Source: Prorocentrum cordatum (Eukaryota). From it: a stretch of DNA of 55,980 nucleotides. Both the position numbers and the translations under genes were made by a program. Where the stretch lies: contig CAUYUJ010000119.1 of NCBI GenBank assembly GCA_963575745.1, positions 62,001 through 117,980 on the forward strand, in the 5' to 3' direction. The first letter of the stretch is position 1, and every line of letters starts with the position of its first letter. Below the pieces are notes generated by a model. It ran no database searches. It was not told the origin of the DNA and saw only the letters and a list, made by a program, of their open reading frames with translations. Below, piece by piece: positions 24,965-38,349 of this stretch.

Positions 24965-25180
24965 AGGAGGAGGAGGAGGAGGAGGAGGAGGAGGAGGAGG
25001 AGGAGGAGGAGGGGAGGAGGAGGGGGAGGAGGCTGGGGGAAAGGGGGAATAAGTGGGGGGGGGCCTCCAACGGCCGAGGGCGGACTCGGGGTAAAGAGGT
25101 GGCCCCTGCAAGCGAAAGAGTCTTGTCTTCCGCAGCGCGCTCCTCCTCCTCCTCCTCCTCCTCCTCCTCCTCCTCCTCCT
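24965..25180. mobile_element. 216-bp insertion bounded by inverted (AGG)n...(CCT)n tracts with a 5-bp TSD
   Basis: CTTCG at 24960-24964 and 25181-25185. Excision joins the LINE frames ...LRPGPK|VGYLNRRDVSNVW... Confidence 0.65.
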
Positions 25181-27489
25181 CTTCGGGCCTGGTCTGAGAG
25201 GGGGCGGGGGCGGCGTCGGCCGTCTCGTCAAACAAGGAACGCGCGACATCGGGCTCGACGTCAGGCCCGCAGTCTGCGGCGACTTCCCCAAAAAGGTGGC
25301 AGGGGCCCTCTCGGGGTCTTCCAAGTCACCGAGCATGGCATTAGCTGCCTCTGAGAAACGCTCTCTCGACCACTGCTGCTGAATCCTACGTTGCTGCTTG
25401 GCAATAGACTTCGACCCCTGGGTGGGGGCGACGCGTGGGCGAGGCGTCTGGGGAAGGCGAACTGGCAAGACCAGCTCGCGACAGAGCAGCTGGCTACCCG
25501 AACCCCGAAGACGGATCTCTGTGGTCGCCATGGAACTGCAAACATCGCCGAGACGCCTGCAATGCGCGCCGCACAACAGTGATTGGCCACAACGTAATCT
25601 GAACGAGCTCCTCTTCCTGATTCACAAGGGGTAGGTGTGCCTGGTGTGAAAATGATTTCTCCAACTTTTTCGACGAAACCTGTAGCTGTCAAAACTTCGG
25701 GAGACAAGCTGGAGTCTCTGGCGATAAACCTAGGGGGTCGAAGCTGAGAGACACATGCACCGAGACGCGCATACCTTTGCAAATTTCTACCACCGAAGCC
25801 GTCGGAGCAAACGCAGTAGAAAGTGATCGCCACGACTGAGTACCCATGCTGATGAAGGATGGTGGCCGCGAAGCCGTCGACCGCTGAGGTGCCCTCGGAA
25901 ATGAGATTGCGGCAAATGCATCGTCTGCTCCGGTATGCTGGACCTGAAGTTGCCTGGTGCTTAGACAGCTCTCGCCGCCCTCGTTGGCCCTGTCACGCTG
26001 TCCCCCCGCGTCCTGTGGATCGGGCAGGATTGGTCATGATCTTGAATTGGCCTCGTGGCGTCAGTGCTGGATGTCCTTGCTGGTGGCCACGTGCGTCTCG
26101 ACAACGCCGAAGTGGTGATAGGGCAAGTAGCTATCACTTATGAAAAAGTTTCAAGCTTTCTTGCCCGATGCCGTGATGGTGGCCACCATGATGAGCGCGT
26201 CGGCCCCACTTTTGGAGAGTGAGGGCCTCTCCCCAGCATCTTGAGCTGGCGACTGTGCACACCTATCAGCAGATGCTGAACCCCCCGTGCTGGTGGAGGC
26301 GTTCCTGGCCGTGGCTGCACGCGCCGCGCCAGCGCCTCGCCGCGATCATGATGCTGGAATTGTTGGCCGCGCCCTATGCCATCTTGGCCGCTCGCGCCGC
26401 CTCTCCCTTGGCTGCGGTGAGCTTGGCCGCCGCCTCCCTGCGGCGAGCCTCCTTCGCGGCCGCCTCCTCCGCGGGCGCCGCCGCTGCGGCGGCTGCGGCT
26501 GTCGCGGCTGGCGCGCTTAGTTGTGCACCTGCATCGCCGCCGCCATTGGCCTCGTCCTCGCACCTGCGCTTCTTGGCCAGACATGTCTGGGTCTGCTGCC
26601 GCAGCCCCTTCCCTCTCGCCAGCCGCGCCTGGACCTCTGAGTTCTTCGACGTGAGTTGCTGCTTGGCCTTCTTGAGGTCTGCCCCTAAGTGACGAAGTGC
26701 CTCGATCTCCGACTGCTCTGCCTCGAGCTGGTCGAGCTTGTCAAAGACTCGTATCGCTGAATGCCGAACAGCACCTGGTCGCTCTTCTTGTCGCCGTTGG
26801 GCAAGACCCCGCACTTGGGGGCGAGCGCCTGGGCGCCATCCTCTTAGCCTCCAAGGCCGCCGCGAGTGCCATGGACGTCTCCGCCTCGCGCCCCTTCGCA
26901 CTGCCGAGGTTGGCCTGGCACCGCTGGAGCTCCGCGACGGCTTGCTCACGCTTGAGCTCGGCGTCCTTGACCGCGCCCACGCCACGGCCCTGCGGAGCGC
27001 CTCTCCGCTGGGGTGGTGGCCGCGCCTTGGCGCCCGCGGCCTCGACGCTGGCAGTCTTGGCTTGGGGCGCCTTCTGGAGAGCCCCGTCGCCCCCTGCCGC
27101 CGCCGGCGCTCCCTCCAGAACCGCCAGGGGCGACGGTGCGGGAGGGGCTGGGGGCAAGGGAGAGGCGGTTGGAGGCCTTGCCATTGCCGACGTCGTCGCT
27201 GGCCTGCTGGCTGCCAACCTTCTTGCTACGATAAAGCTTGACAAGACGACCATCACCAGAACATTTGCGATCTGCCTTGGGCAGGGTCGAATTCCAGTCG
27301 TGGCGTCCACGACGTTTGAACGTGCTTCATGACCCTGCGGGAGACGACATGCTGTGATTCGCCCTCTTCGCCACCGAGGATGGCGTCCCTCGTGTGGAGA
27401 TGCTGTCTCGGTGCCCCCCAAGCGCCTCGATGCGGCGAGGGCTCGACTGGAGAGTGGCCAAAATGGAAACTCTCGAGCCACATTGCTTC

Positions 27490-27844
27490 AGAGGAGGAGG
27501 AGGAGGAGGAGGAGGAGGAGGAGGAGGAGGAGGAGACGAGGAGGAGGACGAGAGGAGGAGGAGGAAGGAGGAGGAGGGGAGGAGGAAGGAAGGAGGAGGG
27601 GAGAAGAGGAGGAGAGGAGGAGGAGAAGAAGGAGGAGGAGGAGGACGATAAGGAGGAGGAGGATGAGGAGGAGGAGGAGGAGGGGGAGGAGGACGCGAGG
27701 AGGAGGGGAGTGGGTGTGGTGGAGGAGGAGGACTGAGGAGGAGGAGGAGAGGAGGAGGAGGAGGAGGAGGGGAGGAGGAGGAGGAGGAGGGGGAGGAGGG
27801 AGGAGGCGGATGATGATGATGATGGATGATGATGATGATGATGA

Positions 27845-27881
<37 letters not shown>

Positions 27882-28628
27882 GGATGGAGGAGGAGGAGGA
27901 GGAGGAGGAGGAGGAGGAGGAGGAGGAGGAGGAGGAGGAGGAGGAGGAGGAGGATAAGGCGTAGGCGGAGAAACAGGGCACACCCGCCGCTGCTCGGTAG
28001 GGGGGGTTACAAAGAGAGCCGGGAGTAGGAGGAGAATGCGAAGGATGAAGAGGAAGAGGAGGAGCAGGTGGAGGTGGAGGAGGACAAAGAGGAGGAGGAC
28101 CAGGATGATGAGGATGAATAGGGAGAGGAGCAGGAGCAGGATGATAACGAGGAGGTGGAGGAGGACAAGCAGGAGGGGGATGATGATGAGCATGGTGCTG
28201 CTGAGTATTCTTCTTCTTCTGATGATGATGATGATGATGATGATGAAGATGATGATTATGGTGATGCTGCTGATTATGAGGATGATGCTGATGAGGCTGC
28301 TGCTGCTGCTGACGACGCCGATGATGATGATGCTGATGATGATAATGATGATGACGATACTGGTGTTGACGATGTTGATGCTGATGATGCTGATGATGCT
28401 GATGATGCTGATGATGCTGATGCTGATGATGCTCATGCTGATGAGGATGATGATGATGATGATGATGTTGATGTTGTTGACGCTGATGATGATGGTGACG
28501 ATGCTGCTGATGACGATCATGATTAATGGTGTTGATAATGTTGATGATGATGCTGATGATGATGATGATGACGATGATGATGATGATGACGGTGATGATG
28601 ATGGCGATGATGATGATGCTGATGATGC

Positions 28629-28694
<66 letters not shown>

Positions 28695-28949
28695 CTGTGA
28701 TGATGCTGCTGATGATGCCGATGTGGACAATGATGACGGTACTGCTGATGCTTTTGATGATGCTCATGGTGTTTTTGATGATTATGAGGAGGATATCGAT
28801 GATACGGATCCTGATGATGTCGATGATGGTGATGATGCTGATGTTGATGCTGATGCTGTTGCTGTGGATGCTGCTAATGCTGATGGTGCTCATGCTGCTG
28901 ATGCTGATGATGCTGCTGATGATGCTGCTGATGATGATGTTGATGATGC

Positions 28950-29003
<54 letters not shown>

Positions 29004-29580
29004 CGGTGATGATGATGGCGATGATGATGATGCTGATGATGCTGATGATGTTGATGATGATGCTGCTGCTGATGATGATGATGATGATGATGATGATGAC
29101 TGTGATGATGATGCTGATGATGTCGACGTGGACAATGATGACGGTACTGCTGATGCTTTTGATGATGCTCATGGTGCTTTTGATGATTATGAGGAGGATA
29201 TCGATGATACGGATCCTGATGATGTCGATGATGGTGATGATGCTGATGCTGATGCTGATGCTGTTGCTGTTGCTGTTGCTAATGCTGATGGTGCTGATGC
29301 TGCTGATACTGATGATGCTGCTGATGATGCTGCTGCTGATGATGATGCTGATGATGCTGATGATGATGTTGATCCTGCTGCTGCTGATTGATGACGGGTA
29401 ATGTATCATGTTGATGGTGATGGTGATGAGGAGGTTGCAGAGGAGGCGGAGGAGGAGGGGGAGGAGGAGGAGGAGGAGGAGGAGGAGGAGGAGGAGGAGG
29501 AGGAGGAGGAGGAGGGGGAGGGGGAGCATGAGCAGGAGGAGGGGAATGAGGAAGAGTCGGAGCAGGAGGAGCAGCTGGAG
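27490..29580. repeat. Composite (AGG)n/(GAT)n block with an internal ~405-bp tandem duplication
   Basis: GTGGACAATGATGACGGTACTGCTGATGCTTTTG at 28723 and 29128. Confidence 0.95.
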
Positions 29581-29602
29581 AAGGCTCCGTGCGCGCGCAC
29601 GG

Positions 29603-29745
29603 GCTGTCTGTTCTTCTGTCCGTCTGTCTGCCTGGCTGTCTGGCTGTCTTGTCTATGCGTTTGCATGTTCGTCTGTTTGTCTGTCTGCCTGCCTGCCTGT
29701 CTGTCTGTCTGTCTGTCGGCCAGTCTGTCAGTCAGTCTGTCTGTC
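29603..29745. repeat. (CTGT)n microsatellite
   Basis: Direct reading. Confidence 0.9.
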
Positions 29746-31129
29746 CTGCCACATTCGCAGTGTTCGTAATATGATCGATCCACTGGATCGGAAGTGCCGT
29801 TCTCTGGTGTGGGAGGACTTGCCGAAGCCATATTTCACTTTCCTTTCGTCCACCCTGTCTGGCTCTCGGTTTTGGATATGCTAGTCTGCTGCTTCTTGTA
29901 CCCATGCGGTAGTCAAGCGGTTCGTCTGGCAGTGTCTTGGATTAAACTTGAGCCACAAAGACCTCCGCAGAAAAGAGTGCGCCATAGCCAGTCCACGTGG
30001 CTATGCACGTGCTGCGGAATTCGAGGGAACACGTCGCCTTTCTCCCTTTTCCCCCCGCCGTGCTTCTCAGGCCCCACGTGCTAAAATCGCTGGAAGTGCG
30101 GGCAGCGATTCCGACTGACGCACGCTCTTGGCATGCTTACTGTTTCCCGGTCGAGCCCAGTTTGGCCACTCCAAGGAGTCGTATCCTGTCTCCTGGGTGT
30201 TTCACCCCAGCGGGCGCGAGTCTAGTTAGGCTCAGACTGTACCCAGGCGGGCACAAGCCTAGTTAGGAGCACCTGGCGCAGGAATGGGGGATGATTCGTT
30301 ACCCATCCCCTACCCCGATTGCGACACGATGTACCGGCCCATGCAGCTACCCCTACAAGCCGTCCCTCCACTCAGCGCGCACGCAGAGGGAGACTTCGAA
30401 GCACGCGCCCTGAGGGGAGGGGGAATCAGCTACATTGAGCCTCTGTCTTGACGCCCCCTTCGTCTGCTCACCCCTTCGCTCCTCGAGCCACGCCGCTGGC
30501 GAAGCACAGATCGTCGACCCGGTCCCCGCAGGAACCCTCGCAGACGCGCCGCACGATGGCCCGGAAGGCCTGCGCTTCGCCGCAGGGCCCAGATGACACA
30601 GGCCTCCCACGTGCAGAGACTCGAGAACGTGCAAATCGCCCTCCTCCTCCTCCTCCTCCTCCTACTCCTCCTCCTACTCCTCCTCCTCCTCCTCCTCCTC
30701 CTTCCTCTCCTCCCTCTCCTCCTCCTCCTCCTCCTCCTCCTCCTCCTCCTCCTCCTCCTCCTCCTCCTCCTCCCCCTCCTCCTTTTTTGACGTTGGTCAT
30801 ACCTGAGTCCTCAGGTTGTGGCGTTCTAGATCCTTCTTCTCCTCCTGCTCCTCTCCTCCTCATCCTCCTCCTCCTCCTCGTCCTCCTCCTTCTCCTCCTC
30901 GTCGTCCTCCTCCTCCTCCTCCTCCTCCTCCTCCTCCCCCTCCATCCGGGCCAGCGTCGTAAGGGCAAGGTGATCGAAACCGCTCACGGCGTCCAGCGAG
31001 GAACGCCACCGCGTGCCAGCACATCGGCGCAAAGCACCGTCAGCGCGAGTGATGGGGCAGTGCATGTGCCGAGTCACGGCGCTGACAGCATGGTGGACCA
31101 TGAAAGCCAGTGTAGCCCAGGCTCCGACA

Positions 31130-31400
31130 TGGCGCGTGAGAGTTCCCATCGGCATACTCTTCGAAACATGGGCTCCGCGCTGTGCAGCCTCTGTGGGGCT
31201 CTTGCGGCACGGCCGCTTTTTGGGATTTGGTGAGGGTGTTCGTCGAGGGATGTGCCCCGGAGTCTTCAAACCCTGGAGGATGCCTTTTCTGGTGAGGGCG
31301 GCGGCGAGATCCATGGCCAAGTCTCACGCCGCCCACTCGTGCGAAGGACGCGCTCTCGATCCAAAGCGCCTGCCGCCACTCCACACACACACGCCCACAC
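31130..31400 (+). mobile_element. Possible C-terminal Cys/His fragment of an RNase H-type LINE
   Basis: SHRHTLRNMGSALCSLCGA...CPG resembles the H..C-x2-CG..C tail of the element at 46500-46700. Confidence 0.3.
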
Positions 31401-31619
31401 ACCAGGGCTGCGCCATTCTCCTCCGAGATGTGAGGGTCGGCGAGGGCCGGCTGCCAGGCCTCGACAGCGGTGGTCTCGGCGTACCAGGATGCCGTCCGAG
31501 CGGCCGTGTTGAAGCTGCTCCCGCCCGTTCGGATCCTGCAGTGCCCGTCGGCGCCCAGACCTTGCGGCGCGACGGACGTCGGGGCGCCGCCGACTACCAC
31601 GTTTCGGGGAGCAAGCAAT

Positions 31620-31880
31620 GACAGACACATAAAACCTCGGAGCTCCGCGCGGATTTCTCGCATCGGCGCGGGACCCCCCCTCCCTGGTGATGTCGCACGT
31701 CGTGGTGTCTGCCACTTGCCGTCGCGCTGCCTGCATGTGGCTGTTGCCGGCTCGTCCTCCTCTTCCTCCACGTGAGGTGCGGGGCGTCCTTGGTAGGGGA
31801 ACAACAAGTGGCATAAACATAAAACCTCGGAGCTCCGCGCGGATTTCTCGGATCGGCGCTGGACCCCCCTCCCTGGTGCG
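31620..31880. repeat. Two copies of a ~55-bp repeat (CATAAAACCTCGGAGCTCCGCGCGGATTTCTCG)
   Basis: Copies at ~31628 and ~31818; a diverged copy at ~11871. Confidence 0.8.
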
Positions 31881-33299
31881 CGGAGTGCGCCCGGGGCGGC
31901 GCTGGAGGCGCTGCCAGGGGAGCCCAGTCGCCGATCCGAGGAATCCGCACGGACCCCCGCGTTTTCCTGCTCAGGCCGGTGGTTGTTCCCCTGACGTTCG
32001 GCACCTCCCGGGACTCGCCCTCTGGCCTTTCAGGGGGCAACTGCCGCCTCCTCCACTGGCCGCGCCGAGGCGCGGGCCGCCAGGCTGGCCGCTGCCGGAG
32101 ACTCGCCCCTCTCGCGCCCTGCCGGGGCGGGGCTCGTCTGGCCCGTGCAGGCGCTCGGCCTGGCCGGCATGCCGTCGGCGCGCGGTCCGACGCTCTTCGG
32201 TCCGCGCTCACCCCGGCCCCTCACCGGGCCCGTGCGGGCCTGGGATCCATCGGCGGCGAGCGAGGGGGGGGGGGGGAAACGAGAAGGAGAAGGCCCTCTC
32301 AGAAGGCGGCGGGCCTCCTCAGGAGCCCTCGCGCCTCCCGAGGGGTCTCCCTGTGCCTTCGGGGAAGGCTTTTGGGCAGCCTCTCCGAAGGCCGGGGGAC
32401 TGCCGAGCCCTCTGAGAGGGCCTCCTCCCCAGAGATCCGACGTCGTGTTTTTTTCAATGCGGGGTCCCCGGAAGGCTCGACCCATTCCCCAGGACCGGTT
32501 GTTCATACTGAGTCGTTTTTTTTGATAGTCCCGGGGCCTGGCGAGGGCCGCCAGAGGCTGAAAATCTAGGAAAACCTCCGCCTTGATCTCTTCAAGGCGT
32601 TGGGTCTCTGGGTCCTGCTCCCTTCCCCCCCCTCGCTCGCCGCCGACTTCGGGCTGCGCCCACCCCGGCCCCTCACCGGGCCCCTCCTGGGCCTGGGAGT
32701 GCCGGCGGCCGCTGGGCGCTCTCGGCGGAACGGGGGGCGTGAGGAGACAGGGGAAAGCATTGACGACAAAGTGCTGTACCCAGACCCCCGACGCCATGAT
32801 TTTTTCATGACGCGACCCCCAGAGGTCCAGACCCACTCCCTGGGAAAAGTTTTTCATCCCGTGCCGTTTTTTGACGGTCCCGAGGCCCGGTAAGGGCCCT
32901 CGGAGGCCGAAAATTGCGAAAAACCTCCCGTCGTGATTTTTTCATGACTCGAGGAGGTCTTGGTACGGCGGTCGCGGATTCTGCGCGGATGTGGGCACCA
33001 CTGGCGCGTCGACGAGGCTGGCGCCACCCGCCCGTCCACCGCGCGGGGTGCCCGTCTCCCCGCGCGCCCGCTCGCCCGGCGCAGCCTCCCACGGGGCAGC
33101 GCCGGGAGGAAGTCGCGGCCCCCTCCCCCCTGCTCCCTCCCTGCGTGCCTCCTCCCTCCCTCTTCCTCCCTCCCTCCCTCCTCCCGCTTCCCTCCTCCCC
33201 TCTCCTCCTCCCTCCTCGCTCCTCCCCCCCCCCTCGCCTCCTCTCTGCTTGCTTCTTTTTCCGTCCCTCCCTGTCCTGCCCCTCCTCCCCCTCACTTGC

Positions 33300-33735
33300 A
33301 ATCTACTGCAATGCAAGGTGATGTGCATGCAGTGCAAATTCAACGAAGTGCAGTACAATGCAACGCAATGCAGTGTAATGCAACAGGAGACGCCACGTTG
33401 CAATGCAATGCAATGCAATGCACAGCTATGCACAGCTATGCAAAGCAATGCAATGCGATGCGATGCGATGCGATGCAATGCGATGCAATGCATTCCACAT
33501 GCAATGCGATGCGATTTACGATGCGATGCGATGCGATGCGATGCGATGCGATGCAATGTAATGCAATGCAATGCACTGCGACGCAATGCAATCCCATGCA
33601 GCAGGATGCACGCTGCAACGATTAGCAATGCAATTCAACGCAACGCCTCAGGACGCAATGCGATGCAACGTAACACAATGCGATGAAAGGCGATGCGACA
33701 CAACGCAATGCAACGCAGCGCAATGCAATGCAATG
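33300..33735. repeat. (ATGCA/ATGCG)n pentamer satellite
   Basis: Direct reading. Confidence 0.95.
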
Positions 33736-33837
33736 TCTCCTCCCTCCTCCCTGCTCCCCCCCCTCTGGGGCCGGAATCATTTCTGATCCCTCACGGCCAG
33801 GCCCCCAGGCTGCGTCAATTGGCCTACCTTGGCGCAC

Positions 33838-34631
<794 letters not shown>

Positions 34632-36784
34632 CTGCAGTCCGCGATACGAGTGGCTGCTGGCGCGCGTCCTCCGTGCCGGCCGCTGCACTGGCGCCCCCGC
34701 TGCTGCAGCAGAGTCTGTGCTGGGTCTGGGGCCGTTGCTGCGCCTATGTGATGCCTGCCTTGCCCTGTGGGAGGTTTTTAGCCCACCTGCCTCTTCGTCG
34801 TGCTCCGTCGCCGCGGCTCCGTTTTCTGCCTCCTCAGCCGCCTGGTTCCGGTTCGTGCCATCGATTGCGCCCTCCCGTCGTCACTCCAAGAGGAGGGAGG
34901 TCTCAATTGAAACGGGGACTCGTGTCGCTGCCCTCGGTCAACCAGACGGGTCCGAGGACGACGTGGCGTTGCGTGATTGGTGGCGAGTGCGAGTCGGCCA
35001 CGCGCAGAGGGGGGTAGGGGGAGGGGGGAAGGAAGGCTTCTTGGAATCACCCCGTCTTCCTTGAGGGCGTGGTCTATCGATGTAGGGCCCGCGCCTTCTA
35101 AGAAGCAGCCTCCTTCTAGTTACGGGAGGTGCCCAGAGGCTCCCAGAAACGCAGTCCTGGCGGCCCTGGCGGCCCCTGGGGACCTCCCGCAAATGAGCGC
35201 GGAATGGCGGGAGGTCCCCGCAGGCTGCTCGCAGCCCGTAGAGAACTTAACTGCCTCTGGGCACCTCCCTCAAAGAGGTCCATTGCAGGAGGTGCTACTC
35301 GGCGGGATAGCAGGGTTCCTACCCCTTTGTCTCCTTTTCGCCTCTTCCCCCCTCTTCTCCAAAATAGCGCGCAAAAATAAAGGGTTCCTACCCCTTTGTG
35401 CGCGCCGCCACGTGACGTCGCACCTGACCTTGGCACGAGTTGCCGCGGCGCGCCGGCTCTTCTGCCGCTCGCGCTTGGCCCGGGGATGCGACCCCACATG
35501 AGGAAGGAGCCCCATGCCCCTCCTCCTCCTCCTCCTCCTCCTCCTCCTCCTCCTCCTCCTCCTCCTCCTCCTCCTCCTCCTCCTCCTCCTTCCTCCTCCT
35601 CCTCTTCCTCCTCATCTTCCTCCTCCTCCTCCTCCTCCGTCCTCCTCCTCCTCCTCCTCCTCCTCCTCCTCCTCCTCTCCTCCTCCTCCTCCTCCTCCTC
35701 CTCCTCCTCCTCCTCCTCCTCCTCCTCCTCCTCCTCCTCCTCCTCCTCCTCCTCCTCCCCCCGCTCCAGCCGCGGCCGACAGGCCAGCGTCCTCGAGCAG
35801 CGCCCCCGTGTCCCGCCAGCTCGGCCCGCCGGAGGCGCCCCGCCTCGGTGCTCCCGCGCTTCACTCTGGCTGGCTCCAGGGAGGATCGGCTGCTCTGCTC
35901 GGCGGCCGCAGTGGGGGTACTCTCGGGGGCCCCCAGACGGGGTGGTGACCACAGCGTGTTGTGAGTCGGTGGGGATTCGGGGCCACCGCACGGTTAGGGG
36001 ACTCGGGTCGTCCTCCGAGGACGTCTCGGGCGACTGGGGCATCCGAGGCCCCAGGACCGTGCGCTGATGGACCGCGCGGTGAGGCCGTGGGGGATTTCGA
36101 GGTCACCGCACGGTCTGTCACCGCACCGCTGTGGGACTCCACACGGTGGGGGTGCTCGCGCTGGGGTCTTCGGTCCCCGTCGGGCGAGGAAGTCTGTGCT
36201 CGTCCACTGCCCCCCCCCTCCCCGGGGGTGGGCCCTGCCCAGGTCCAGCAGCTGCGTTCGCGCCCTCCTGGGCAGGCTGCGGGGGCGTGGCGTGCATACC
36301 GCTGCTGGGCTCGGGATGGGCCTGGCCAGGGAGCAGCGGATATGTATGTATAGATTGCCTTCGGGGGTGGAGAGAACCCCCAACAGTGCCACGTCGATTA
36401 GTGAATTGTCCGTTTTCGGTTCTCGAGATGGCGCCGTGCCGTTATTTTCCAGGCTTGCGCCCGCCAGGTTTGGGCCTCAGGTCGTTTTCAATAAACCACG
36501 TTTTACTAAAGGGGGGTCTGTCCATCCCCGATGCGTCGCCCAACATGGGCCCCTTTCTAAAGCGCAAGCATCCAGCTTTCGCGCCGAAGGCCGCCGAAGG
36601 CCGCGGGAACCCGCCGGAGAGCGCTCGAAAGCGCCGAAGACCGCGGGAAGGCGCCGAAGAGCGCCAGAAGCCGCCGAAGACCGCCAGAAGCCCGCCGGAG
36701 TCCGCCGAAGACCGCCCGAGGCACACAACAAGGGGTCCGTGATTGAATGCGCAGGTTCGCGATCGGCGCCGTGAGGGCTTAGGC

Positions 36785-37775
36785 TTAAATCGGGCCTGTC
36801 CCTCTACAAGGGGAATGTTTCAATTATCCCCAGTGCGACCCTACCTAGAAGTTGGAGCCCCTAGGAAACAGCATTAGTTGCTATGCTATGCTATGCTATG
36901 CCATGCTATGCTGCGCTATGCTAGGCTATGCTATGCTATGCTATGCTGCGCTGTGCTATGCAATGCTATGCTATGCTAAGCTATGCTATGTCATGCTGCG
37001 TTGTGCTATGCATAAGCTATGCTATGCTATACTATGCTGATCTGCGCTGTACTGTGCTATGCTATGCTATGCTATGCTGTGCCGAGCTATACTATGCTAT
37101 GCTATGCTTGGCTATGTTATGCTATGCTATGCTATGTTAATGCAGCGCTGCGCTAAGCTAAGCTAAGCTAACCTTCTAGGCAGAGCCTAGGTAGGGAATT
37201 ACACCCATGCTATGCTATGCTATGCTATGCTATGCTATGCTATGCTATGCTGCGCTGTGCTATGCTGTGCTGTGCTGTGCTGCGCTATGCTATGCTATGC
37301 TATGCTATACTGCGCTATGCTATGCTATGCCGGGCTATGCTATGATATGCTATGCTGCGCTATGCTATGCTACGCTATGCTATGCTATGTTGTGCTCTGC
37401 TATGCTAGAGCTCAGCGAAGCTAAGATGAAGGTACATTAAGCTAAGATAAACCTGAGCTAAGATGAAGCTAAGCTAAGCAAATATGAAATAAGCTAAGCT
37501 AAGATGAGACAAGCAACGCTAAGCTAAGGGGACGTAACTGGGGGAACCGCGGGGCGGATGCCGGGGGAACCGCCCGGGGCGTTATCCATTGCCCGGCCCC
37601 TTTAAGCTCACACAGTAAGAACCCTTCTTGGCAGAGCTTAGGTAGGGAAATAGTTACAAAAATAGTCAGGGGATTATTTTTTGAATATTCTTTTGACCAT
37701 TTTGGAGTATTTCTTGTTTTTGTTTAAACAACTTTTCGTTGAAAATCCCCCTGTAGGGGGGCCCGCCCGATTTAA
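36785..37775. mobile_element. TIR element copy 2, inverted relative to copy 1, carrying mainly a (GCTAT)n satellite
   Basis: TIRs TTAAATCGGGCCTGTCCCTCTACA / TGTAGGGGGGCCCGCCCGATTTAA. 36820-36878 is the reverse complement of 23881-23938, and 37565-37650 is the reverse complement of 23338-23425. Confidence 0.85.
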
Positions 37776-38349
37776 CGTTTGGGCTTAGGGGTCCCTTCGT
37801 TGAGCCAAGGGTTTGACGAGCGCTCGTCGGAGCGCGGCAGCGACCTCTGTCGAGGTCCTTGCCCAGGTGCGGGTGGCAAACCACACCATCTGCAAACCTC
37901 ACCCTCGGGAGTCGCCGAGCTTCCTCGCGCCGTGAAGCCTCGCAGCGGGTGGTGTCTGGCAGTTTTCGGCTTCGATGTGCGAGCGTTTCGGGCGCTCTCG
38001 TGGGTTCCCAGCCCCGGGTTGCGCTCGAGCAGCTGCGCCTGGCCGAGAGCTTTCCAAAGGGCGCCCAGATCGTCCGGAACGGCCGCCGGAGGCCCGAGCT
38101 CCCTGTCTCTCCACTGTCTACACCGTCCGACCAGCAGGTGGCCGATTTCGTGGTTCAGGTGGCTCACGCCGTGCCGCCGACCCCCACAGGGAGTGGAGTG
38201 CTGGAGACGCTCGTGGGAGGTATATCTTGGGTCAGGGGCCCCCTGGATGAATCTGAGGGTCTCTTGGGACGCCTCTCTGGGGTCTCTTGGAGGGCTCCTG
38301 GGGGGCATCTGGGAGGCTTTTTGGGGCCTCGTGGGGGCTTCTGGGAGGC

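Larger units (their letters stand above)
22095..27490 (-). mobile_element. Decayed LINE (coiled-coil ORF1, APE, RT), interrupted by three insertions and 3'-truncated
   Basis: Coiled-coil ORF1 remnants at 27300-26370. APE motifs GVVETHV (~26100), FIARDSS, TPCESGRGARSDYVV, PWRPQR (~25730-25520). RT N-terminus LRPERVQYALHSTRPKTGRGADEMTP (~24110-24035), ELFGAREACLPWP (~23200-23162), GSRVIGLMPMF*RTWSLAR (~22800-22745), SIVQG (~22620), RVDDL (~22515), HLGVDLG (~22300). RT motif A appears deleted. Confidence 0.8.

Noticed and set aside
29945..29965. TGGCTCAAG (SL 3' end) on the minus strand, followed by an ATG
   Set aside because: Only a 9-nt exact match, and the downstream peptide is unrecognisable.
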